Origin: a virus
Lineage: Duplodnaviria; Caudoviricetes
Strand: one strand, 5' to 3'
Length of the DNA: 64,000 nucleotides
Virus record (IMG/VR): IMGVR_UViG_3300037634_002636
Span: 29,081 to 93,080 of that record
A program made the position numbers and the translations under genes. Below are positions 39,601-45,883 of this stretch, in pieces. The notes under the pieces were generated by a model that was not told the DNA's origin, did no database searches, and saw only the letters and a list, made by a program, of their open reading frames with translations. Within the stretch, counting starts at the first letter, position 1, and each line of letters starts with the position of its first letter.

Positions 39601-42218
39601 TTAATATCTAGATATTGTCGAAGCTCATTCCTACCCCATAAAGCGCCGTGTCCTGTTCTTTTATTTTCTATAAAAGTTTTCTCCTCAGTAGCTATTTCTT
39701 CATTAGCTTTCTTAGCTTGTTCTATTGACTCTTGATTTTCTAAAATCTCTAAATCGTAAGGAGTAACTTCTAGTCCTCTCTCCTTCATCTTATTACGAAG
39801 AGACTCTTTTTGTTCTGATGAAGGGGCTGCTTCTTTTAATATCTCTGATAACTCTTTCTTTCTTTCAGCAGATGTTTCTGGATTATCGTATTCTGCTTGT
39901 TCTTCAGAAGTTAATGCGGTAGTATATAAATCTAAAGACTCATCTTTACCTCTTCTATACGCTTCTTGTTTCTCTGTTAGCTCCTCATTTCTTTTCTCTT
40001 TATTAACAATGTCCATCGCATTATTAAATACATGCTTCTTGTCATCTTGAGTATAGCCTCGTATACCTCTATTTTTACCTATATCATACTCTAATCCAAA
40101 AGCTGAAATAGCTAAGGGAGATTTATCATCAAATACATCATCATATATTTGCTTAGCTTGTTGGATCTCATTTATAGTATTGATAGCATCTTCTTTTGAG
40201 AATCCATCTAATCCTCCTTTTCTACCCATACGGTATATAGCATCATATAAATCACCCTCTTTACCTTCATCAAAATATTTATATAAAAGATCTTTCTTCT
40301 GCTCTAATAAATTTTCAGCATTTAATGCATCACCATTCTCACCTAATAAATTTATAGCATTATTTAATTCTACGAAAGTTCTAGCACCTCCCCAATTAGA
40401 TAAGGTTCTACCTCCTCCTGTTAACATAGTAGCCATATCTCTACCAGATTGAACAGCATGTTTAAACGCTAAACTTTCATACATATCAGGATTAGACCTT
40501 CTTAACCCACTCATATTCATACCATAATCTACTGCATCAACTGCAGCATCTTTTGTACTATTCCATACATTATTTAACCAAGAGCCTGAACGTTCTTGAT
40601 TATATCCTCCTAAATAATCTTGGGCCCATCTATATTGAAGACCCTCTTCCATACCTTCTAGCTCTCTAGATATACCTACACCTGTAGCAAAAGTACCAGC
40701 TTTTACTAATCCTCTAGACCAGAATCTAGAACCAACTTGTCTAGCAGCTAAATTTCTAAAAGTACTACCTGTAAAAGCTTTAGATAGTCCAGGCATCTTC
40801 ATAAATGTTAAAGCAAACTGTATTATATCAGATCCTCCAAGAGCCATATTCTTTTCAAATAACTCATCTAAACCATCTCCTGCTAATATAGCAATCTTAT
40901 TCTTTTCATCTTCAGTTAATTCTCTATCTTCTCCTTTCTTTTTTAAGTCTTGTTTCCATGCTTGTTCTAACATATCAACTTTTTGCCAATATGCATCACC
41001 AGCTTCCATTTTAGTTTCAAGATTTCTACTATACCAGTTACCTGCAGCAATAGTTCCAAATTGTAATAAGGCCGAGATTGATCTTATATAAGGATTCTTA
41101 ATTCCGTTTAAAAGTTTATTACTTATTTGTGTTTCTATAGTCTGAACTAGAGCAGGTCCAAGAATAGCAGCTACTTGACCTTCAAATGTAGAAATAGTAC
41201 CAGCTAAATCTTGAGCAGCTTTATACTCAAAATACTCATCTCCCATAAACTTATCACTAAGTCCAAACATAGGACTAATTATAGGGATAGAACTAAGAGC
41301 TGTTGCTCCCATATTCTTTTCTACGGCACTCCTAACGCTATAATCTTCTGCTACATCTCCTCCACCGTACAAAGGTAATGGAAGTCCTTGTTGGTACCAT
41401 TTATCTCCTACCCCTGTTAGTCCAGAAAACATCCTTCCTCCTATACTTCCCCATCCTCCTTCAGTTATCTCTTCTTCTCTATCAGCTATTTTACCTTTTA
41501 CTGTTTCTAAGTCTTCTAGAAGAGAAGCATATGTATCAGATTTATTACTCAAAGAACGTTCAAGTTTACTTCTATTTAATAAATTAGCGTCTTCCGCTCT
41601 TTGTACCGCAGCTGTATAATCCTCAGCAGATAAATTTGTATGCATACCCGTTAACACACCATCTAATAATTGATCTACTAGGTCTTCATGTTGTCCTGAA
41701 CCTATTGTATTGGTTTCTATATTTGCTAAGATTTGAGAATGAGCGTCAGCAGATATTAAACCTTCTGCATAAAAATCATCTGCTCTTTTTTTAGCAGTTT
41801 CATACTCTGCTAGCTTCATTCTTATTTTCGCTACTTCATATTCGTATCCACCTTTGTCCTGCTCACGTATATCGTTAAACAAAGTATTCCATGAGTTTTT
41901 CATGTTACCTTGATATATAGTTTTGTACATTTCAGGACTAAACTCAGGAGTCATATAACCTTTGTTATACATACTCTGTTGTTTATAAGACTCATCTGCT
42001 GTTATCCTTTGCTCAAACCCAGCTGATCTAGCACTAGCAGATAGCACTGTTCCACCACGTTGTGGAGAACTGTCCATTAATTTAAAGGACTCTCGTGGGC
42101 TTAACCCTGAAGATCCTTGATCTAAATAGTCTAATGCTGAATTAGTTGGTGTAGATTGTGGAGATAGATTGTTAGCGTCCAAACCTCCCCTCTGATATTT
42201 CTTACGGTTTTTATTCAT
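27678..42218 (-). CDS. Giant (4846 aa) virion RNA polymerase protein with SF1 helicase and zincin domains
   Basis: RNAP: LADGQGF, SAVKIG, RIPSTELHS, GSDFDVDSLF (DxDxD at 30429-30443, like phi14:2 gp66 DFDID). Helicase: GAAGTGKS, IDEA, LGDEAQ, YRS, AQGET, YTAASRA. Zincin: RHEVFH. Confidence 0.88.
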   Translation of the reverse strand: MNKNRKKYQRGGLDANNLSPQSTPTNSALDYLDQGSSGLSPRESFKLMDSSPQRGGTVLSASARSAGFEQRITADESYKQQSMYNKGYMTPEFSPEMYKTIYQGNMKNSWNTLFNDIREQDKGGYEYEVAKIRMKLAEYETAKKRADDFYAEGLISADAHSQILANIETNTIGSGQHEDLVDQLLDGVLTGMHTNLSAEDYTAAVQRAEDANLLNRSKLERSLSNKSDTYASLLEDLETVKGKIADREEEITEGGWGSIGGRMFSGLTGVGDKWYQQGLPLPLYGGGDVAEDYSVRSAVEKNMGATALSSIPIISPMFGLSDKFMGDEYFEYKAAQDLAGTISTFEGQVAAILGPALVQTIETQISNKLLNGIKNPYIRSISALLQFGTIAAGNWYSRNLETKMEAGDAYWQKVDMLEQAWKQDLKKKGEDRELTEDEKNKIAILAGDGLDELFEKNMALGGSDIIQFALTFMKMPGLSKAFTGSTFRNLAARQVGSRFWSRGLVKAGTFATGVGISRELEGMEEGLQYRWAQDYLGGYNQERSGSWLNNVWNSTKDAAVDAVDYGMNMSGLRRSNPDMYESLAFKHAVQSGRDMATMLTGGGRTLSNWGGARTFVELNNAINLLGENGDALNAENLLEQKKDLLYKYFDEGKEGDLYDAIYRMGRKGGLDGFSKEDAINTINEIQQAKQIYDDVFDDKSPLAISAFGLEYDIGKNRGIRGYTQDDKKHVFNNAMDIVNKEKRNEELTEKQEAYRRGKDESLDLYTTALTSEEQAEYDNPETSAERKKELSEILKEAAPSSEQKESLRNKMKERGLEVTPYDLEILENQESIEQAKKANEEIATEEKTFIENKRTGHGALWGRNELRQYLDINKEITEILKKEEMTQDDRTTLNDLILEKNKILYEQAFEYTALKKGQFNNKVKRAVAMHGIGEIMQHIEKYGVKGLDRILPSILENNAKMDPQTLEDLARLADEVVTTKQELEQKLADIEKMQQDIKETFNNQTLQKETHEPLTPAEQEDIKRLRTLEEEVGELSREEKAVLNSLVDRGLKDKTLKELTIQAEEIKAEVASLNDTANMSEKFVARLEKDSSSFEFKDELFDKISNDKILEEAALEAMEGMDYLASQLEHLPEYADVATAERIYQNIKGRLEIFKRRLVEAPEGKKDYMQNIVDQLQAAEVTMKGLLTTIKENAADRTAEQTAFEERTFNNLLQSLGLKPNFTIDDKSLFKNIGAQFLTLLGDNVNILRNALIKLEEGATAAEGVIMGMTDKMAVALVAVELIKLELNNQPELKNQILEGLKTLHREQAQVVADIVEKEISTEEQEMVATDYKANPENGITGLLHNISTLDADLDLNNRESALWKYVDHLDTSRLIEDIAEEDRSNRKVSSEVLLSLLGHHIQSQSAVKLFRLLTSNFDTQAQLINEEVLVRTKAESFIPTKQQINAIRELSVFLNRNVSFNSEDFNLGDISSFLQGAAGTGKSKIVLPWALHTAGIVNNKVFAIGHNDSSSKTINEALGLEGVNTFADFIDISDDDASDLKVLVIDEAPSLSDIQYTALHDKVLDINTKRAEAGESLLKVIMLGDEAQITTETTTPLSSFDTFSRMDTYITPVTNIYRSDNPAISTFQDIFRRRRDDISNEEIIVKLNQPNPWSDGALGVYGVSGNFKERLLLKLQNPVSSDIRRVIITTPEKVEGYNAFLKTNQIQNVEVLSFIDAQGETINEVYMDIERGNMQALEYNKALYTAASRAQDLIVVANLNLKNTLDSEMSVVQDTLSSELEARRIQFEEETKDNTELLKKFEDLKDPEDLLSEEIEEDDDSDDGDQMEEIHRGAPTIEEEERDEHSEDAAPQEEEEIVEEQANEEDKKDSWITEGEDITEDDNFSEDAFDSDNNSTAYTEGGDNIQFNKEIDVKNKHVLYYPEYDGLSSTVLADETIVLPIQDNQPVLFVKTQTVGRDGNLIEGIIVVQPARTPVEGGQTIFRHQNKPVFRRVAVIGNEAEIDEMGFLNKIEKEALKYQLNHQPSIQFTELAEAGDKSLLVDNTGFAAKSNLIKGIIIPPGGARRLAYKYKSRAELHENSPRGENFQKENKGLIKRLLKQFIEQFYDQKQSISPEQQRNIKESRVKVFKKKDIQELARKGQIPNGFNLKSGMPYLVIKGVESVGSKSKTQYIALTPRRLSANIKDDVKNYFKPLSEFTGVIYAIEKLTEGNLKLGTKTFVDFIKGTDNNVKRIALSLGKPKLVDKLIQLRDTVRELKWDIVETNPSGSISKQTRGTGRAQLAMDRLARANSIFREEKRTMIKGKKVRRVVSKSILSYPGKRVTARGPITSSILNAVFSNQDSKGYNQVLYVPIKMSDFRDIDYSGVSSKFRSAEDNHKSAEKYLTSQLESIESTKIVLDKSETMKEKEEEAVKKDNKPAPIKVKKPKKKKKRRGNLGGTDSLTGDEFRDEGTEEGLKGDYITKDDAKWLLKSLLPDLFNKHGDLIPGNVVFLDSLRMLELSESSDVLGKFINQRIFLLEERDGILDNVIRHEVFHKIVSYYLTKKEREILFSTARVKYNLPAFMTNSEVEERLAREFMKFRRNENSVPAVIRRIFKKIAKFLGFINKNADNIEKLFDNIDSGYFSGKRMVGDPIDTNMNYQDIEKNWGSIEIYREARSRFVIGMSSLLGQYDSVTLDGTYIISEVDHESGTISETPMSRDEALEYLIDDLVPEQIEAFEKIGLDNLNIHQMNAYKGVKALGNKRLAKYMFADVYQRDQFTQGYELEEDTYLDTVNLMDVIENANSKDHNKNLTESVIEFLTGITYQTADGKTKRLTIPHAYYKILQMLSDTDSINYLEFRRNIVAKSNSLGHKKGSAGWAVKEAIVDLIDTAFMNQVIVGEGRADAIRLRKELSELKGKTKAIKAKRKRLQKKLENAENKTSILPMPKNMHFVNNDLFVYSEDIKVEASDILYDIKQQDIHSAIARKKGEASEDYYYRIYEELNSKGIGVPAELLIALNRKNKADRDLKNIFVNTASLREENFMMGDYEYKFDSDTKQSKKSLRYYKHKEFGTRSIISSDIQNFIEEHIVKIQNNAPKILAKIQNKGKAIKEADKREIAKNFMNLIGYPAEKVILSPKELDNVIMKLEGFLKEVPKVGKRDQSAKKIVNDKGREVYPLFTISDLLDDEKTFVEALGDMLKLEHEGTKAHSIRNVEGKTIYAYHNSSFGIDILSGIISNRKDSTPLHLQKNTKSYDNIYQFNIFANGKSELREIHDWDGIIDKKRKYTPVTYSQESEKGWLDRNFNYWFVNGLKESKDSLYYTQQLTTVSDKSSPKAAQVQLLTDQQIVEAVKAIVEQYHKKPIKKSLVFSNILNNSNLNKAQKVSRILEEFNKRTDELVTKMQTEGLFDRISSDLASARANLRDKKYLKKPKGKKAEKELQENNKDLASVFVANYAINSFFLNQIVLGDTAKFKDSYDVVKRMSIAFAPGYRGFVNPIIGMKNTFRVAVMEDPQGTAFDFLAPKERTALLKDLKDLGLDKAFELADGQGFVLPSRLKDLRKGFGGGLKAGTVMKPVYYGIDENGDQIALKYSTVVLTNDLVSKHKGLKALRDVMEGSEVDELVMKSAVKIGAPNKEDLSKHGYSPWRPGKKGFKLAPKINPNSIKTLNNKYLRLQLDPVHDANTLVSNPSQLAYMINTNGLNSVEAQEYYETMAQIIDLGTKEFFHGIGLMSNGQIRDFSNLKPARRKSVEAKIRKKILQGTKIQESAHKEAEILHAKDVNGNPAVTINFPGVVNKVFSVLSSALSKATIKIKFPGSKLVLQTGYGASVYETQLGEVLLQDDLIDLAAEAGVTLDAYIKDSGIIERPLKHITADRPYAEVLMPRVHSKKFKIGDEIYQNEYMMGFRIPSTELHSSVALKVVGFYDSLDTNVVIAPKELQTIHGSDFDVDSLFVIRKAHATDTSKSGNKLYTNSDKGLVSRNDKLYFTTGDVIPSDDKFLANLIIDMNEIKNKLKELNTKIGQSIVSEDIEIFKETKKAHKKLLKILETVQQAALKNKMLDIYLKVLKKPENRNSILSPITMNNLKGDVVNGVDINNSVFDIISKDLGLVLKEDHSQLYETRDLSNPLDELYMHQSNQQGSILTGAGANAMKALVYMMEAARDGGPSYLIHSRTQQKDGTIDIIPFSFEIDGVTYSELSRYEKHPKNKFSTNTIWATMDSIINAAIDNAKEQILNIINMNRATASMFYVMIGTGVPLHTAVRILLQPAVKEAARLNPKDFSKGATQVRELINKKLAESNYTAKALESQYAEIKLISQKLSKGIKRTNPKFKNSLDKQLGTTVPDLLFQLKVLELLSPGGKKRGLNKFGSDLTKVATTLNILRKLPSNHEELTDLTRDMAEMFNEDSNLSLEISGIETALPHLKAARETSDHLYSMSGHILDVNNPGLVKYAEEISDILGLTSKSEDNTTATEKYKIIREEFIRYLASSLVDTTAIDPIIIKRGDIETIASGTEALSHRVAEEIAHLKSEIASNSFINRISVKTDRRGIKYIVGNSKGILQPELVQVYSDFSRLNPKLQESLLLYTIAKEGMLFAASNITMLMRPELYGAREKGSIGYDKKRSDLLFKLVKREVNTKTGISTRLENSKESFMVQYALSNINQIASLSSKKISQAVVSENNSIFGTRRKDLTTGETVFYDLKIDQNLLPSPPRFISNPNYGQVYVLVHSDVKKDGTGGNAYYQTIAKGSATSSLYSVKEAYLSEPYSINDHFKKNTLVRPVNDITTESIELFSEVKGLKEGDKMLLRTHDDRLRINAVQAIVTGIEKVETEDSIKWKVSLAKHTPLSNFKNIAAKRYAAHVASENKCN

Positions 42219-42222
42219 ACGT

Positions 42223-42230
42223 CAAATATA
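42223..42230 (-). promoter_or_regulatory. TATATTTG -7 element immediately before the vRNAP start codon
   Basis: Minus strand TATATTTG-acgt-ATG in the 16-nt intergenic gap. Confidence 0.4.
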
Positions 42231-42234
42231 CAAA

Positions 42235-44238
42235 TTATTGTGCCTGCGGATAGAATATAGGCATAAGATATTCTTGAATCTTTTTATCTACAAAATCTCT
42301 ATCTGCTCCTGGAGTATTAGAGGCAGTGTTAATAACTATTCTTAACTGTTTACTTATTTGGCTATATAATTGTTGTGCATTTTGTGCCCCACTTGCAGTA
42401 GATACTCTTCCACCATCTGCAATCTTTTGCATTACCACTTGTAAATATGCTTGACCTAAATCTTTAACGTCATTTTTTAAAGCTTGTGATATAGGAACGC
42501 TAGCTAAGTCACTAAGAATAAGAGATACAGTATTTTCTTGTGTTGCATCCATGCTATATGCTGTTTCCCTAGCATTATTTATAGGAACTTCCAGTTCATC
42601 AAAGATCTTTTGCCCGTGGGTTTCTGTAAACCACTTATTTCCTGCTGTGCCACTATATGGCACAACAGATTTACCGGTCATAGACCAATACTTAACATCA
42701 TCTATCTCGCCTTCTTCTTGGAATATCTTATTACCACTAGCATCAGTTATATTTTCTAAATTATCGCCAAATAAATCCCAACCAAATAACCATCCACCAG
42801 TTCCTTCATCTTTTCCCATTTGACTTGCTATATTCTCCATCTCTTGTTCAGTAAACCAATATCTACCATCAACAATTAAATCTCCTCCTATAACTTCCAT
42901 ATTATGACCACTTCCTGTATTAGGTTTAAATGATCCTGTTAGATTATCAACTTTTAATAACCCTCCCATATTCTGTAAGGTTTCTACATCTACAATAGCT
43001 TTTAATTGCTGGGAGACCGCTTGAATTATTTCCTTACTCTTTCTATCATTATAATCAAAACCTAATGTCCCTGCTATTGTGTTTGCTAAATCTGTCTTAC
43101 CAGCTTCTTCAGCTACTAAGAAATTTAATAAAGGTCCTACCATACTAGAAGCCTCATTTACATCATTTGCTAACTTTCCGTCTACTAATGCTACGGCTAT
43201 CTTTGACTTAGTACTTTCAGACATTTGAGATGCAAAATCCATTATCATACCCTTCTGACCTGAAATTGCTACAGAGTTTGCAGCAGTCCCATCTTCTAAT
43301 CCAGATAATGCTTTAAAAGATGTTATATCAACTCTCTGAGGACCTTTATTCAGAATAGCTTTAGTATAAGGATCAAGAGTTAAAGCCGACATCTCATTAG
43401 TAGGAGCATTATCTTTTAATCCTGATAAAGTAGTTTTCATTCCCACTTGCGGTCTAGCTATACCTTTCATTCTATTTAAAATATCAGCTTTTGCTTCAGA
43501 AGGCGATAATCCTTGTATCTTTGTTAATCTTCTAAAGTCTTGATCTCCCACTTTATCTTCTATATAGGTTTCGTATAAGCCATTTACTACACGCTCCATT
43601 TTACTTTTACTCACACCTACAGTATTTCCATAAGTCAAGTATTGTCCTAATTGGTCTTCTGATATACCATATTTATCAGATATCCATGGAGATCCTGACT
43701 CTGCTATACCTGAGACTAGATTTTTCATGAAAGCTGCATATCCTTCTTTCATCTCCATATTCTCTCTGTAACTATTTAATATAGGCTGGCCGTTCTTATC
43801 AGCTCCTTTAGTTGTAAAAGTTTCTCTTGCATTTCTATTAAAATCTAGTACACCACTAGGGCCGTATTGATCTATTAATGCTTCTTCTTTTAAGTATTCT
43901 GCGGCATTTTGTTGTGCTCTTAAAACTGTTTTATCAGATGTAATAAAACTTACTGCATTTTGTACCGCCATATCTGCATCTTCATATGCACCAGACGATA
44001 TAATTTGTTCAAAACTTTGATCTATCGTAGAAGTAAACTCATCTCGTAGTCCAGAGTCTTCATCTCCAGGCATTAATTGTAATTGATTTACAATTCTTTT
44101 AGTTAAGTTATACGCATCTTTATTTTTATCGTAATTTGCCCTATGTAAAGTTGCAGCTTCTTTAAAAGTAGCTAATCCAGGATCTACAAATGTAGATTGA
44201 ACTGGAGTTAATGCGCCTGTTATATCATATTTACCCAT
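42235..44238 (-). CDS. Putative ejected virion (cargo) protein
   Basis: 667-aa helical protein between the muzzle and vRNAP genes, as in crAss-like gene order. Confidence 0.6.
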   Translation of the reverse strand: MGKYDITGALTPVQSTFVDPGLATFKEAATLHRANYDKNKDAYNLTKRIVNQLQLMPGDEDSGLRDEFTSTIDQSFEQIISSGAYEDADMAVQNAVSFITSDKTVLRAQQNAAEYLKEEALIDQYGPSGVLDFNRNARETFTTKGADKNGQPILNSYRENMEMKEGYAAFMKNLVSGIAESGSPWISDKYGISEDQLGQYLTYGNTVGVSKSKMERVVNGLYETYIEDKVGDQDFRRLTKIQGLSPSEAKADILNRMKGIARPQVGMKTTLSGLKDNAPTNEMSALTLDPYTKAILNKGPQRVDITSFKALSGLEDGTAANSVAISGQKGMIMDFASQMSESTKSKIAVALVDGKLANDVNEASSMVGPLLNFLVAEEAGKTDLANTIAGTLGFDYNDRKSKEIIQAVSQQLKAIVDVETLQNMGGLLKVDNLTGSFKPNTGSGHNMEVIGGDLIVDGRYWFTEQEMENIASQMGKDEGTGGWLFGWDLFGDNLENITDASGNKIFQEEGEIDDVKYWSMTGKSVVPYSGTAGNKWFTETHGQKIFDELEVPINNARETAYSMDATQENTVSLILSDLASVPISQALKNDVKDLGQAYLQVVMQKIADGGRVSTASGAQNAQQLYSQISKQLRIVINTASNTPGADRDFVDKKIQEYLMPIFYPQAQ

Positions 44239-44239
44239 A

Positions 44240-45868
44240 TTATTCGTTTTTATCTGTGTCTTTATTTAACGTTTGTAAATCTGTTGTCATAGTAGTAGCT
44301 TGTTCTTGAGATATATAACCATTACCTAACATATATTGAATAGCAGGAAGTAATTTTCTTTCATCAAGTCCTGTTCCTCCAGAAATGGCTTTAGCAAAAA
44401 CTTCCATTTGTTTCTCTGCTGATCTTAATAATTTTGCATCTTTAATCTTAGTAGAAATTGCATCTCTCATTTGATTATATAAAGCTATAGAACTTTGTAA
44501 TGCAGCAGCTTGAATTTCATTATTTGCTATTTGATCTTTTCTATCATTTGTTAAATTAAATTCTTCAGCTCCTGCTCTTAAAGTTGCATTTGTTGTTAGT
44601 TCTTTGTTTTTAATCTCTGTATTTGCAGTCGACTCTGCTACTTGTATTCGTTCTAGTTCTTTTGCTGTTCCTGTTTTAAGCGCTTGAATTTCTGCTATAC
44701 TCTTACCTTCTTGCATAGCTTTTTTTACAGCAGTTACACCTAATTCTGATACGTCTCTTTTTGCAGCCCCATAATCAACTCTTGATAAAGACACTCCTGT
44801 AGGAGTTAATTGCTTGCTTTTTACTTTTAATTTTTTTAAGTCGTTTAATCTTTCATGAGCTTTCTTATTAGTTTTCATGATAGAAGCAGCTTCTATTAAA
44901 TCAGTTATATTATTTACCCCTATCTTTTGATACCATTTTAAATTTTCTTCTTTATCTTTGTCTGAAAGTTTTTGTGTGTTGATATTATCTTCTATTTCTC
45001 CATATAATTTATTATACTCTTCTAAAGTTATTGCATTACCTTCATTATCATAAGCATAATGTTCGTCTTCAAATGTGTTAGTTTCAGAATTATATACATC
45101 ACCATAAGAACTTTTAGTCCCATGTTTAGGCTGATAAATTCCCCACGAATTTCCATACCCAGGCTGATCTTCCCCTGGATTAGGATTAGGTATCCATTCT
45201 AAATCATCATCACTAATACCCCAATCTGTAGCTGCTTGCTTCCTTAGCTTAGCGTCCCATTCAGCAGCTGCTTTACTTTTAGTGCCCCAATCTCCATCTA
45301 CACCATCCTTCTTAGGGCCATAATTACCTAAGTCATACCCTTTATTTACTAAATCTTGCTGCCTAGATGCAGCATTAGCATCATAAGAAGAGGTGCTAAT
45401 ATTCGGAGAGGTAATAGCATTAGAACTATTAGAAGGAGGAACCTCAGTAGTTTCTCGTGCATTATATTCTATATTCCATGGCCCATCATTTATGAGACTA
45501 TCTGGTTGAAGATTAAGTATAGGTGAGACACCAGTTGAATCTATAGGTGAGATACTAGTTGAATCTGGAGGTGATATACCAGTTGAATCTGGAGTAACTA
45601 TAGAAGGATTTTGTATTGTATTACGTCTATTTATATTAGAAGAGGACTCACCTGATGTTTGTAATTCACTTATTATAGTACTTATAGCTTGATCTGTTAA
45701 ATTAAAATTCGTTCTCATATAATTCAAATAAGCTATCCTATTTGGAGCACTCAAATTACTTGCATTATTTACATAATTACTAAGCAAACTTCTTATCTCC
45801 TGATCTTCAGGTGTAGTATTAATATTAATTAAACTATCATTTGCATCTGTTATATAATCTTGTGGCAT
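44240..45868 (-). CDS. Putative cargo protein with peptidoglycan-binding (PG_binding_1-like) motif
   Basis: RQQDLVNKGYDLG...DGVDGDWGTKSKAA; S/P/T-rich linker; helical C-terminus. Confidence 0.65.
   Translation of the reverse strand: MPQDYITDANDSLININTTPEDQEIRSLLSNYVNNASNLSAPNRIAYLNYMRTNFNLTDQAISTIISELQTSGESSSNINRRNTIQNPSIVTPDSTGISPPDSTSISPIDSTGVSPILNLQPDSLINDGPWNIEYNARETTEVPPSNSSNAITSPNISTSSYDANAASRQQDLVNKGYDLGNYGPKKDGVDGDWGTKSKAAAEWDAKLRKQAATDWGISDDDLEWIPNPNPGEDQPGYGNSWGIYQPKHGTKSSYGDVYNSETNTFEDEHYAYDNEGNAITLEEYNKLYGEIEDNINTQKLSDKDKEENLKWYQKIGVNNITDLIEAASIMKTNKKAHERLNDLKKLKVKSKQLTPTGVSLSRVDYGAAKRDVSELGVTAVKKAMQEGKSIAEIQALKTGTAKELERIQVAESTANTEIKNKELTTNATLRAGAEEFNLTNDRKDQIANNEIQAAALQSSIALYNQMRDAISTKIKDAKLLRSAEKQMEVFAKAISGGTGLDERKLLPAIQYMLGNGYISQEQATTMTTDLQTLNKDTDKNE
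45522..45593 (-). repeat. 3 x 24-bp in-frame tandem repeat (PDSTGISP-like)
   Basis: ggtgagacaccagttgaatctata / ggtgagatactagttgaatctgga / ggtgatataccagttgaatctgga. Confidence 0.85.
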
Positions 45869-45883
45869 AATTTTTAATTTTAT

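Noticed and set aside
6216-42218. Inteins or self-splicing introns in polA, helicases or vRNAP
   Set aside because: Catalytic motifs are contiguous, with no LAGLIDADG/HNH insert or intein-like junction recognised
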